From assembly GCA_029258885.1 (NCBI GenBank), contig JAPDJW010000009.1, positions 32,001 to 96,000 of the forward strand: a DNA stretch of 64,000 nucleotides. Direction: 5' to 3'. Both the position numbers and the translations under genes were made by a program. Source of the stretch: Thermoproteota archaeon. Lineage in GTDB: Archaea > Thermoproteota > Thermoprotei > Thermofilales > B9-G17. Of the stretch, positions 41,582 through 50,570 are shown one piece after another; position 1 is the first letter of the stretch, and every line of letters starts with the position of its first letter. The notes beneath the pieces are model-generated. The model ran no database searches. It had not been told where the DNA came from and saw nothing but the letters and a program-made list of their open reading frames with translations.

Positions 41582-41668
41582 CCGTTGCTATCCTATGCTA
41601 TTTAGATATTTGAATTTAAGGACTGTGTATAGATTCTTTGTTTGCTCTCGGGCGAAGGGATTGTGCTG

Positions 41669-42667
41669 TTAGTCTATCTCTTCCTCGACAGCTATTTTAG
41701 TTAGGGATGTGCTTATAATCCTGCCATATTCCTCGACTAGAACCATTATTGCGGCTCTAGGCGGTATTATCCCTTTCTCGGTAATTATTGCATCAATATA
41801 CTCCGGTGGAGTAACGTCGAATGCCGGATTTCTTACAATAATATCACTATTTTTCTTAATGTATTCCTCAGGGACAACCTCTAGCGGGCTCCTCTCCTCA
41901 ATTACTACAAGTTCACCTAGAACGGTTGCTGGACTAAACTTATAAGTTTCGCTGGCGACAAAAAACCTAACCCTGGCCTCCTGTGCGGCAAGGGCTATCT
42001 GTGACGTACCTATTTTATTAACAACAGCTCCGTTGGCTGCAATGGTATCGGCACCTACAATAACCTTATCAATCTTCTTTATGAAGAACCTAACGGCCGA
42101 ATCCGTTATTAGAGTGACATCTATACCTAAATCCCTCAAAGTCCTGTAAGTTATAAGTCCCTGAAACTTAGGCCTAGTCTCGGTTGCGAAAACCCTAATC
42201 TCCTTCCCTGATAGGAAGGCGTGCCTTATAACGGATATTGCCGTCGAGCTATTACAGTGAGTTAAAATAGTATCACCACTTGAAATAAGCCTTGAACCTA
42301 TTCTACCAATCTCCTCAACAGCCTTCTTCGATATCTCAATAAAGCTCTTAGCCGAGTTGATAGCTATACTCCTAAGCTCACTAAAACCCATACCCTCCTC
42401 AAACCCCTGAGACACCCTTATTAGCACGTATCCAACAGCGTTCGGAAGAGAGACTGCCGTAGGCCTAGTAGACTTAAGGTAATCTCCAACCAAATTCAGG
42501 TAATCAACAAAGCTTTCAGGATCTCTAGATAAATCGTACTTCTCAGCAGCTATCTTCAAAGCCTTAGCCGCCGCTCTAGCTATCCTACCGGCCCCCCTAA
42601 TTTTCATAGATTTAATGCCTTCAGCTATCTTAACAACCTCGGGAGGAAAATACTGTGGCGCTACCAT
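41669..42667 (-). CDS. Ribose-1,5-bisphosphate isomerase (eIF2B-like)
   Basis: MKIRGA, TRPTAVSLPNA, LTHCNS (catalytic Cys), ETRP..QG, TDSA (Asp), GADTI..NG...NKIGT, NPAFDVTP. Confidence 0.88.
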   Translation of the reverse strand: MVAPQYFPPEVVKIAEGIKSMKIRGAGRIARAAAKALKIAAEKYDLSRDPESFVDYLNLVGDYLKSTRPTAVSLPNAVGYVLIRVSQGFEEGMGFSELRSIAINSAKSFIEISKKAVEEIGRIGSRLISSGDTILTHCNSSTAISVIRHAFLSGKEIRVFATETRPKFQGLITYRTLRDLGIDVTLITDSAVRFFIKKIDKVIVGADTIAANGAVVNKIGTSQIALAAQEARVRFFVASETYKFSPATVLGELVVIEERSPLEVVPEEYIKKNSDIIVRNPAFDVTPPEYIDAIITEKGIIPPRAAIMVLVEEYGRIISTSLTKIAVEEEID

Positions 42668-43656
42668 AGCTTCACCTCAATCTCCTTCAAAAGATCATCG
42701 AGCTCCGGGAACTTCGGCGGCCAGCCATATATGTCTCTAAGTAGGAATATTACCGCCTCAGGCGCTACAAGTCCTTTCTCGGTAATTATTGCGTCAATGT
42801 ACTCGGGAGGAGTAACATCAAATATTGGTAGAATGGACTTCACATCGCCGAGCTCCTTGATGGCCTCACCAATAAACTTTTCGGACGGCCTCTTAATAGT
42901 CAACTCGACGAGCTCTCCGAAGATGGTTTCCGGGCTGAACTTATGGGTTGAGGATGCTATAAACACTCTAACCCTAGCCTCGTGTGCAGCCAGCGCTATC
43001 ATCGACGTACCAACCTTATTTATAACGGCACCGTTCGCGGCTATCGCTTCTGCGCCAGTAATAACCTTATCCACATCCTTCATAAAATACCGGACTGCGG
43101 AATCAACAAAAATAGTGACAGGAATTCCTAGCTCCCTCAGCTTTTTAGCCGTATAGAACCCCTCGGATCCAGGCCTAGATTCAACCACGTAGACCTTAAA
43201 CTTAACTCCTCTATCCCATGCCTCCTTAAAGAGCCTATAAACGGTACCGCTATATGAAATAGTTAAAATGGTCTCTCCGGGATTAATCCTCCTAGAGCCT
43301 ATGATAGCAACAGCTTCAACAGCCTCCCTTAACTCCTGTTTAAGCGCCTCAGCCTCCCTCTTCACGGAATCCTTAATCTTTTCAAAATCCCTAGTCTCAT
43401 CCAGAGCTATATTCAGCCTATGTAGAAGCCTCCTAAGAGAGTTGGCCATCATAACCGACGTAGGCCTAGCGGAATAGAGCTTCTCTACGGCAGTGGAACA
43501 GTATTTAAACGCTGTATTAATATCGCTTGAGTATTCGAAGGCCTTAACGAATACTTCTATTCCAGTAGTTACTACATCGGTTGAACTATATATGTTAAAT
43601 AGAGAGATATCTTCAACCGCCTTATCTAAAACATCGTAATAGTTAGAACTAGACAT
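42661..43656 (-). CDS. Degenerate eIF2B/R15P-isomerase paralog
   Basis: SARPTSV, TISYS in place of THCNS, ESRP..EG, VDSA, GAEAI..NG...NKVGT, FDVTPPEYID. Confidence 0.8.
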   Translation of the reverse strand: MSSSNYYDVLDKAVEDISLFNIYSSTDVVTTGIEVFVKAFEYSSDINTAFKYCSTAVEKLYSARPTSVMMANSLRRLLHRLNIALDETRDFEKIKDSVKREAEALKQELREAVEAVAIIGSRRINPGETILTISYSGTVYRLFKEAWDRGVKFKVYVVESRPGSEGFYTAKKLRELGIPVTIFVDSAVRYFMKDVDKVITGAEAIAANGAVINKVGTSMIALAAHEARVRVFIASSTHKFSPETIFGELVELTIKRPSEKFIGEAIKELGDVKSILPIFDVTPPEYIDAIITEKGLVAPEAVIFLLRDIYGWPPKFPELDDLLKEIEVKLW

Positions 43657-43892
43657 ATCATCACGGTTTTTGAATAATATTCATCACATAATTATTTTAT
43701 AAACGTTACTATGCCTCTCTGCACATTACTACGATCTTACGCATCCCTACAGCCGGAAGCTACTGGTTTAAATTCTGTAATTTAAATAGCAATACCATCA
43801 AAATTAATTATTATCATGGTGCAAACAATAAAGATTTATTAAATGATTAGGCTAAAAGAGTAGTGGAAACTCCCGTAATCTAGGGTGGTTAC

Positions 43893-45239
43893 TTGAGCTA
43901 CTTTAAAGATAAGGCCGATGAGATAGCATCCTTCCTCTCAGAGCTTATAAGGTTCAATACAACAAATCCTCCCGGAAACGAGCTTGAGGCAGCAAAGTTT
44001 GTGGCAGAAAAACTCGGAGAATACGGCATCAACTGTGAGATACTCACGAGCAACTCAAATAGAGGTAACGTTATAGCCAGGATATCTGGATCCAGCAGTG
44101 GACCACGTCTACTATTGCTATCACATTTGGATGTTGTACCAGCAAAACCTAGCGACTGGAGGCATCACCCATTCAGCGGTGAAATAAAAGACGGATACGT
44201 GTGGGGTAGAGGCGCGATAGATGATAAAGGCCACGTAGCAATGGAAGTATTCACATTGATAGCGCTCATCGAGAATAGGGTGGAGTTCAACGGCGAAATA
44301 ATATTTGCAACCACAGCCGACGAGGAGATGGGAGGAAAATACGGCGCTAAATGGCTTGTTGAAAACCATCCAGAGAAAGTTAAGGCGGATTACGTTATAA
44401 ACGAGGGAGGAGGCTTCGGACTACCAGCTGGAGACAAGATAGTCTTTGCCATTCAAACAGCCGAAAAAGGAGTGTACTGGTTTAAACTTAAGGTTAAAGG
44501 TAGACCTGGACATGCATCAATGCCACTAAGCGGTGAAAACGCTATAGTAAAGATATCTAAAGCCATTAAAGAGCTGGAGGAACATAAAATGCCTATAACA
44601 CCAAACATACACGTTAAACTATTTATTGAGACCCTAGCCTCAGCTACAGGAAAAGGACTTTTATCGAAAATACTCCTATCAAGAGCACTCGGAGAGCATG
44701 CTTTAAAGAGAATCTATAGGAGCGATAAATCCCTCGCAGCACTACTAGACGCTATGCTTAGAAACACAATCACACCCACCGTAATTAAGGGAGGATACAA
44801 GGAAAACATTATACCCGATGAAGTTGAATGCATATTCGACTGCAGGCTCCTTCCAGGCTTCAACGAGAAGCACGTCCTAAACCACCTCAAAGAAGTACTC
44901 AAGGGACTAGAATACGAGGTAGAATTCCTACACAAGGATCCATCAACCCAATCCCCAATAAACACCCAACTCTTCAACATAATAGATAAGGTACTGAGGA
45001 AAAACGTTCCAAACGCCATAGTCACCCCATACATGAGCACCGGAGGAACAGACTCAAGATTCTTCAGGAGAAAGTTCAACAGCATAGCCTACGGCTTCGA
45101 GCCGATAGTAATTGAAGGACCGTTAAAGGAGTTTATGTCAATGATCCATGGAATAAACGAGAGAATATCCATCAAAAACCTAGTATTTGGAACAAAAGTA
45201 ACCTTCGAGACGATAGTAGAGCTAATGAAGGCCAGATAA
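43893..45239 (+). CDS. M20/M25/M40 family metallopeptidase
   Basis: LSHLDVVP, WGRGAIDDKG, ADEE, NEGG, GHAS, GGTDS, IHGINER. Confidence 0.92.
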   Translation: MSYFKDKADEIASFLSELIRFNTTNPPGNELEAAKFVAEKLGEYGINCEILTSNSNRGNVIARISGSSSGPRLLLLSHLDVVPAKPSDWRHHPFSGEIKDGYVWGRGAIDDKGHVAMEVFTLIALIENRVEFNGEIIFATTADEEMGGKYGAKWLVENHPEKVKADYVINEGGGFGLPAGDKIVFAIQTAEKGVYWFKLKVKGRPGHASMPLSGENAIVKISKAIKELEEHKMPITPNIHVKLFIETLASATGKGLLSKILLSRALGEHALKRIYRSDKSLAALLDAMLRNTITPTVIKGGYKENIIPDEVECIFDCRLLPGFNEKHVLNHLKEVLKGLEYEVEFLHKDPSTQSPINTQLFNIIDKVLRKNVPNAIVTPYMSTGGTDSRFFRRKFNSIAYGFEPIVIEGPLKEFMSMIHGINERISIKNLVFGTKVTFETIVELMKAR

Positions 45240-45285
45240 TCAAATAATAAATATATAATGAATGATTATTGTTAAGGTGAACTAA

Positions 45286-46176
45286 TTGGTAGACCTAATA
45301 CTGGCTGGCTCTTCCTCAATAATGCTCGCAGTGGATGTTGCAAGGAGAATGGGGCTGAACGCTATAATACCCGTCGTAAGAAAGTTTCCAGATGGAGAAA
45401 TATACGTGAGAATAACTAAAGCCGTCGAGGATAAAAGCGTAGCCGTAATTCATACGCTGGGAGGAAATCCAAATGACCTACTTATAGAATACCTACTAGT
45501 CGTAAAGACTCTCAAGGATCTCGGCGCTAAGGAAGTTATAGCGGTAATTCCCTACTTAGCCTACGCCAGACAGGATGCTAGATTCAAGGAGGGAGAGGCC
45601 GTTAGCGCGAGAATTATAGCCGAACTAATCGAGAGCGCAGGTATATCGAAGGTATTAACTATAGACGCCCACCTACATAGAATCGAAAGCATAGATAAAC
45701 TATTCAATATAAAGGCCTTAAACGTATCCGCAGTCCCAGAGCTAGCAAAATACATCGCCAACAACTACAGCCTAAGAAACCCAATAGTCGTCGGGCCCGA
45801 TGAGGAATCCGAGCAATGGGCTAAAGTAGCCGCCAAAGTCCTGAATACCGACTACATAGTTCTTGAGAAGAAAAGGCTGGGGGATGAGGAGGTAATCATA
45901 GAATCATCCGTAGACATAGTCAAGAATAGGGATGTAGTAATAGTCGACGATATTATAAGCACCGGAGGAACGATGGTTGAAACAATACACAAGCTCAAGG
46001 AGGCTAATGCAGGTAAAATACTGGTCTCGTGTATACATCCAGTGTTATCGGCCAACGCCTTAAATAAGATACTTCTAGCTGGAGCATACGATATAGTAGC
46101 GACCGATACTATTCAGAGTCCAGTAAGTAAAGTTACAGTTTCACCCGTAATAGCTGAAAATCTACCCAAACTCTAG
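45286..46176 (+). CDS. prs: Ribose-phosphate pyrophosphokinase
   Basis: FPDGE, IPYLAYARQD, DAH, VGPD, VDDIISTGGT. Confidence 0.95.
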   Translation: MVDLILAGSSSIMLAVDVARRMGLNAIIPVVRKFPDGEIYVRITKAVEDKSVAVIHTLGGNPNDLLIEYLLVVKTLKDLGAKEVIAVIPYLAYARQDARFKEGEAVSARIIAELIESAGISKVLTIDAHLHRIESIDKLFNIKALNVSAVPELAKYIANNYSLRNPIVVGPDEESEQWAKVAAKVLNTDYIVLEKKRLGDEEVIIESSVDIVKNRDVVIVDDIISTGGTMVETIHKLKEANAGKILVSCIHPVLSANALNKILLAGAYDIVATDTIQSPVSKVTVSPVIAENLPKL

Positions 46177-46328
46177 CCTACTTTTAATAGCTATTTCTAT
46201 TCTTCACAGCATATTTAGCCACTATAGGTAGTTTAAATAAGCTTTCCTATGCGAAAAATTTAAATATGTTTTTACGACATAATTTATTGTCTCTAAAACA
46301 AAAATTATTGTTTTAAAATGGTGGTATT

Positions 46329-47036
46329 ATGGATGGTGAAGAGAGGGAGGAGAAGGCTGAGGAGTTTGAGGTTGTTGCGGAGTGGGTCATTAGGAGGTTA
46401 AAGAAGATAGAGACGGACGACGTTGAGAAGGTTAAGAGGTGGGTTCTCACATCCCTAGGCTTGGATGAGCTTGCTCAAAACATCTACCTTTATCTCGAAC
46501 GGGTTGAAAGCAGTACTACTACTGAGATAGCTAAGGTTTTCGGTATAAGCCCAACTACTGCACGCAGTAAGCTTGATGATCTCCACACAGTTGGATTAGT
46601 TGACTATATTGGCAGGGAGTATCACCTCACCTACGATTCTATTGCTAAGGCATTAAACTACGTGCTTATTCCGAGGATAACAGCTACCCTGAAATCCATA
46701 GCTAGGGTTGCCGCTGAAGTTGAGAGAGGTATAAAGAAGAGTATTAAGGTTCATGTAAGTAGGAATGAGCTTACTAGGGGCATGGTTGAGGAGTTATCGT
46801 TCTTTGGAAGCACCGTCATAACTAGGGGATTAATTGAGGCATTCCATAACAGGGGTAAGAGGATAATCATTAAGGGATTCGGTAGTCTCGTTTTTGAAAA
46901 GGATATTGATCCCGAACTTGCTGATGCAGTTATTGAACGCATAGTATCGTTTGGCCCAGTTAAGATATCTAAGGATCTCTATTCAGCTATAGCTCACAAG
47001 TTTAAGAGTATGGGTAACTTGGAGCTATATGATTAG
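46329..47036 (+). CDS. wHTH protein (TrmB/ArsR-like N-terminus), paralog 1
   Basis: IYLYL......TTTEIAKVFGISPTT....LDDL...GLV. Confidence 0.75.
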   Translation: MDGEEREEKAEEFEVVAEWVIRRLKKIETDDVEKVKRWVLTSLGLDELAQNIYLYLERVESSTTTEIAKVFGISPTTARSKLDDLHTVGLVDYIGREYHLTYDSIAKALNYVLIPRITATLKSIARVAAEVERGIKKSIKVHVSRNELTRGMVEELSFFGSTVITRGLIEAFHNRGKRIIIKGFGSLVFEKDIDPELADAVIERIVSFGPVKISKDLYSAIAHKFKSMGNLELYD

Positions 47037-47047
47037 GAGGTGGTTTT

Positions 47048-47770
47048 GTGGAGGAGAGTATTTTAGCTGAATGGAGGATAAGGAGGCTTAAAAAACCATC
47101 TGTAATAGAGAAGGAGGATGTTATTAAGTGGGCTCTATATTCCATAGGTGTGGAGGGTAAGAGTCAGGACGTATACCTATACCTATTGAATAAGGGCTCC
47201 TCAACAGTAGGTGAGCTAGCTAGGATATTTGGATTAGGCGAGGAGGAGGTACGTGGGATAATTGATACCCTATATACCTATGGACTCGTGGATAGGATAG
47301 GTAGTGAAGTTATTGTTGGGGATGATTTAGCCTCATCTATATCCAAGAGATATATACCTAGGCTTGAAGATACTCTTAATAGAATACTTGAGGTTCTCGG
47401 CGGAGTTTCCCCTGGAATAGCTAGGACTGTTAAACTTAGAGTTCAAGCTAAGTTTGACTTTGCGGGAGAGCTGGACTCTATGCTGGCTTCAATTGATAAG
47501 CTATCAGGGTCTGTTAAAGCCTTAAGAACTAGGATTAGCGAGTTATACGGGAGGTATAATCAGGAGATTATAGATGATATATCCGACGAGTTGGGGGATA
47601 TAGAGGATGAAATAAGCTCTATTAGGGAGGATATAGAAGATAAGGTTAGCGATCTGGAGGACTTTAGGGGTGATATGGAGAGCGAGCTTGAGAAGATAAG
47701 GGAGCGGATGAACTATGTATCAGAGAAGCTTCAGGAATTAGATAGGCGAATTGAGTCCCTAACCAAATAG
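47048..47770 (+). CDS. wHTH protein, paralog 2, with C-terminal coiled coil
   Basis: Same EW.IRRLKK...W.L.S.G and LYL...wHTH N-terminus; acidic heptad C-terminus. Confidence 0.75.
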   Translation: MEESILAEWRIRRLKKPSVIEKEDVIKWALYSIGVEGKSQDVYLYLLNKGSSTVGELARIFGLGEEEVRGIIDTLYTYGLVDRIGSEVIVGDDLASSISKRYIPRLEDTLNRILEVLGGVSPGIARTVKLRVQAKFDFAGELDSMLASIDKLSGSVKALRTRISELYGRYNQEIIDDISDELGDIEDEISSIREDIEDKVSDLEDFRGDMESELEKIRERMNYVSEKLQELDRRIESLTK

Positions 47771-47885
47771 TCTTTTTCCAAGCACCTAAAACTCCTTATG
47801 ATAAGTGAAGTTCATCTCCATATCATATTTTACTCCACTAAAAATGTAATGTTTTCTTTGAATTCTAAAGTATATAAATATATAT

Positions 47886-48110
47886 CGTGGTATTACCGTT
47901 ACGCTGCTATTAAATGCTCAGCCTAGTCTCGTTTTAACTATTAAGAGTAAGCCTAGCAGTAACTATGATACAGTCTTCGCAGTACATGAATACGGTGATC
48001 CAATCTATATTGTTGGTTATGAGAAGTATCTTCCCGAGAAGAACGAGGGCTTTTGCATCGAGGTGAGGAGGAAAAAGAAGCAGCTTCCCCTGTCACCGCC
48101 GCTAAGCTAA
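47886..48110 (+). pseudogene. Truncated remnant of a secreted beta-propeller protein
   Basis: Open frame without a start codon: ITVTLLLNAQPSLVLTIKSKPSSNYDTVFAVHEYGDPIYIVGYEKYLPEKNEGFCIEVRRK (signal-peptide end plus one propeller-like repeat); not in the ORF track. Confidence 0.4.
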
Positions 48111-48294
48111 CATCAACACATAGTTCCCCCGTTTTCATTATAGTTTGATTTTATATTCACATGCTTCCTACTAGCTTGATCCTCCATTTTAATTCTCTAA
48201 ATATCTCCGCTTTAGGCACGACCTTGTTCAAAAATCTATTTTAGGTAAAGCAGGTTTTATAAGGAGTTTTAGTTTTCATAATTTGGTGCTGTAG

Positions 48295-49446
48295 TTGAGG
48301 GTTACGGTATTTACTCTTGAATTCCCACCGAACATTTACGGTGGGGTAGGAGTACATGTATCCAATATTACTAGGATTCTAGCGAGATATTGTAGAGTAG
48401 AAGTTAGGACTATAGGTGAAAAATACTCCTCTGAAAACTACCATGGTGTTCATGTTAAGAGATATCCATGCTGGAGTGATCTGATTTCAAGGACATACGA
48501 GAAGTTTAGGCCCGTATTTAAGGCGTACAGTATCAGCTTAGCTGTAAATAGTGAGCCTATAGACTCGGATATAGTTCACTTCCACACCTGGTATATGGCT
48601 CTAGGAGGACTATACGCTAAAAAGCTGTATAATGTTAAGCTGGTGGCTACAGTTCATAGTTTAGAGCCTATGAGGCCGTGGAAGAGGGAGGCTCTTGGCT
48701 CGGGATATAATTTATCCATGTGGGCTGAAATTCAGGGATTAAAGGGGTGTGATGCAATTATAGCTGTAAGCGGGCAGACTAAGGAGGATATAGTAAAGTC
48801 CTACGGTATAAGCAGGGATAAAATACACGTTATACATAATGGGATAGACGCTGAAGTATGGAGGCCTGGAGAGGATCTTCGAGTGCTTGAGAGATACGGT
48901 ATAAGAAGGCCATATGCGCTATTTGTTGGTAGGTTATCGAGGCAGAAGGGGATTTTCACGCTGGTCGAGGCGGCCAAAATTGTTGGTGAGAATTGTCAGT
49001 TTGTCTTTGCTACGGGTAAACCTGATGAAAGGAGTATTCTCGAGGAGTTTAAGAGGAAAATTAGGGATATAGATAATATTGTCTGGATAAATAAGATGCT
49101 GAATATCAATGAATTAATTCCCTTATATACGATGGCTTCCGTATTTGTCTGTCCAAGTATATATGAGCCATTTGGCATAGTTAACTTGGAGGCTATGGCC
49201 ACTGAGACGCCAGTTGTGGCGAGTAGGGTTGGGGGAATACCAGAGATAGTTAAGGATGGAGAGACAGGGATTCTTGTTGAGCCGAATAACCCGGAGCAGC
49301 TTGCCGATGCAATAACTTACCTGCTTGAAAATCCTGAGGAAGCCGTAGAGATGGGGAGAAGAGGTAGAAGGAGGGTTCTTAAGGAATTTACTTGGGAGAA
49401 GATAGCCGAGAAAACATTTAAACTATACTGCAGCCTGTTGGACTAG
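48295..49446 (+). CDS. glgA: GT4 glycosyltransferase, actinobacterial GlgA/GlgM type
   Basis: EFPPNIYGGVGVHV, HFHTWY, HSLEPMRPWKRE.LG.GY..S.W.E, FVGR.SRQKG, CPSIYEPFGIVNLEAMA. Confidence 0.85.
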   Translation: MRVTVFTLEFPPNIYGGVGVHVSNITRILARYCRVEVRTIGEKYSSENYHGVHVKRYPCWSDLISRTYEKFRPVFKAYSISLAVNSEPIDSDIVHFHTWYMALGGLYAKKLYNVKLVATVHSLEPMRPWKREALGSGYNLSMWAEIQGLKGCDAIIAVSGQTKEDIVKSYGISRDKIHVIHNGIDAEVWRPGEDLRVLERYGIRRPYALFVGRLSRQKGIFTLVEAAKIVGENCQFVFATGKPDERSILEEFKRKIRDIDNIVWINKMLNINELIPLYTMASVFVCPSIYEPFGIVNLEAMATETPVVASRVGGIPEIVKDGETGILVEPNNPEQLADAITYLLENPEEAVEMGRRGRRRVLKEFTWEKIAEKTFKLYCSLLD

Positions 49447-49454
49447 CGGAATTA

Positions 49455-49688
49455 CTATACTATTACGGGGATGTTCGCATCCCTAAGTAGTTCTCTAAAC
49501 TCCTCAATATTCATTTGAGCAATCTTAGACGCTCGTCTAATATCGCCAAATTCAATATAATAGATTAAAGCCGCCCTTATTCTAGGCCTCTGTTTCCTAA
49601 TAAACTCCCAATTAGCCTCTCTTCTCCTAATCCTCCTGGCCTCCTCCTCAAGCCTACGCCACTTCTCAAGCTTCTCTTCTAAGCTCAT
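49455..49688 (-). CDS. Small antitoxin-like protein (copy B)
   Basis: Paralog of 50213..50446; C-terminal GD...A..IA.M.IEEF..L...ANIP (UPF0175-like HTH). Confidence 0.75.
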   Translation of the reverse strand: MSLEEKLEKWRRLEEEARRIRRREANWEFIRKQRPRIRAALIYYIEFGDIRRASKIAQMNIEEFRELLRDANIPVIV

Positions 49689-50223
49689 TTAAAACCTCCT
49701 CCAGGTCTCTTCTCGGAAAATAATGTCTAGTCTCACATTCATATTCTCTAAACACATCGAGAGGATTTCTAATGCTAATTATCCCTCGTATAATAGCTTC
49801 TCTTATTACCTCTAGGGCTCTCCATACAACTACGCTGCTTAGTTCACTGAATATATCAACACACATTAACGCGCCTCTATTTTCGGTAAGTACCACGTAG
49901 CCTCTTCTACGCCCAACGACTAGGCAAACCGCTTCAGGGAGATCAACGCCTCTCAGCCAAGGCATCCCATGCGTCATCTCTATAAGTCTTCTAGCTTCCT
50001 CTAATATCTCGTGGGTTTCGGTGAATAAAGCTAGCTCTCCCCTCGAGAGCAACTCTGAAATCCATAGAAGCGTATTTTCACTCCTAATTTCATCTAGAAC
50101 TCTCTCCGGTACGAATACAGTTCTAAACAATCTAAATAAAATATCTCTTCTTCTCCATCGAGACCAATCAATTAGAAAGCAGGTATCTGCTATCGCATAC
50201 AATACCTTACACCTAAGCAACAT
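49666..50223 (-). CDS. PIN-domain (VapC/DUF3368-like) protein
   Basis: AIADTCFLID, VPERV.DEI, D..EA.C, VLTEN. Confidence 0.85.
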   Translation of the reverse strand: MLLRCKVLYAIADTCFLIDWSRWRRRDILFRLFRTVFVPERVLDEIRSENTLLWISELLSRGELALFTETHEILEEARRLIEMTHGMPWLRGVDLPEAVCLVVGRRRGYVVLTENRGALMCVDIFSELSSVVVWRALEVIREAIIRGIISIRNPLDVFREYECETRHYFPRRDLEEVLNELRREA

Positions 50224-50446
50224 TAGGTATATTAGCTTTAATCCTCAATTCATTAAACTCCTCAATAGTTAAGCCAGCAATACGTGAAGCTACATATAGA
50301 TCTCCTGTTTCAACGTAAAACTTTAAGGCTACCTTTATCCTCGGAGGCTGATTATTTATAAACTCCCAATTAGCCTCTCTTCTCCTAATTCTCCTAGCTT
50401 CTTCCTCAAGCCTATGCCACTTCTCAAGTTGCTTTAAGTTCATCAC
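50213..50446 (-). CDS. Small antitoxin-like protein (copy A)
   Basis: LEKW.RLEEEARRIRRREANWEFI shared with 49455..49688; an identical 32-nt block at 50358-50389 and 49600-49631. Confidence 0.75.
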   Translation of the reverse strand: MMNLKQLEKWHRLEEEARRIRRREANWEFINNQPPRIKVALKFYVETGDLYVASRIAGLTIEEFNELRIKANIPNVA

Positions 50447-50570
50447 TATAATATGTAGCGAGGTAGCTTATAGATATTATCTTACAAGCCCCCAGTTTTT
50501 CAGTATTACTGCTATTAGTTTAGCCATAGATATAGAGAGCATTAATATACTCTAGTTGCTTAATTAAACA

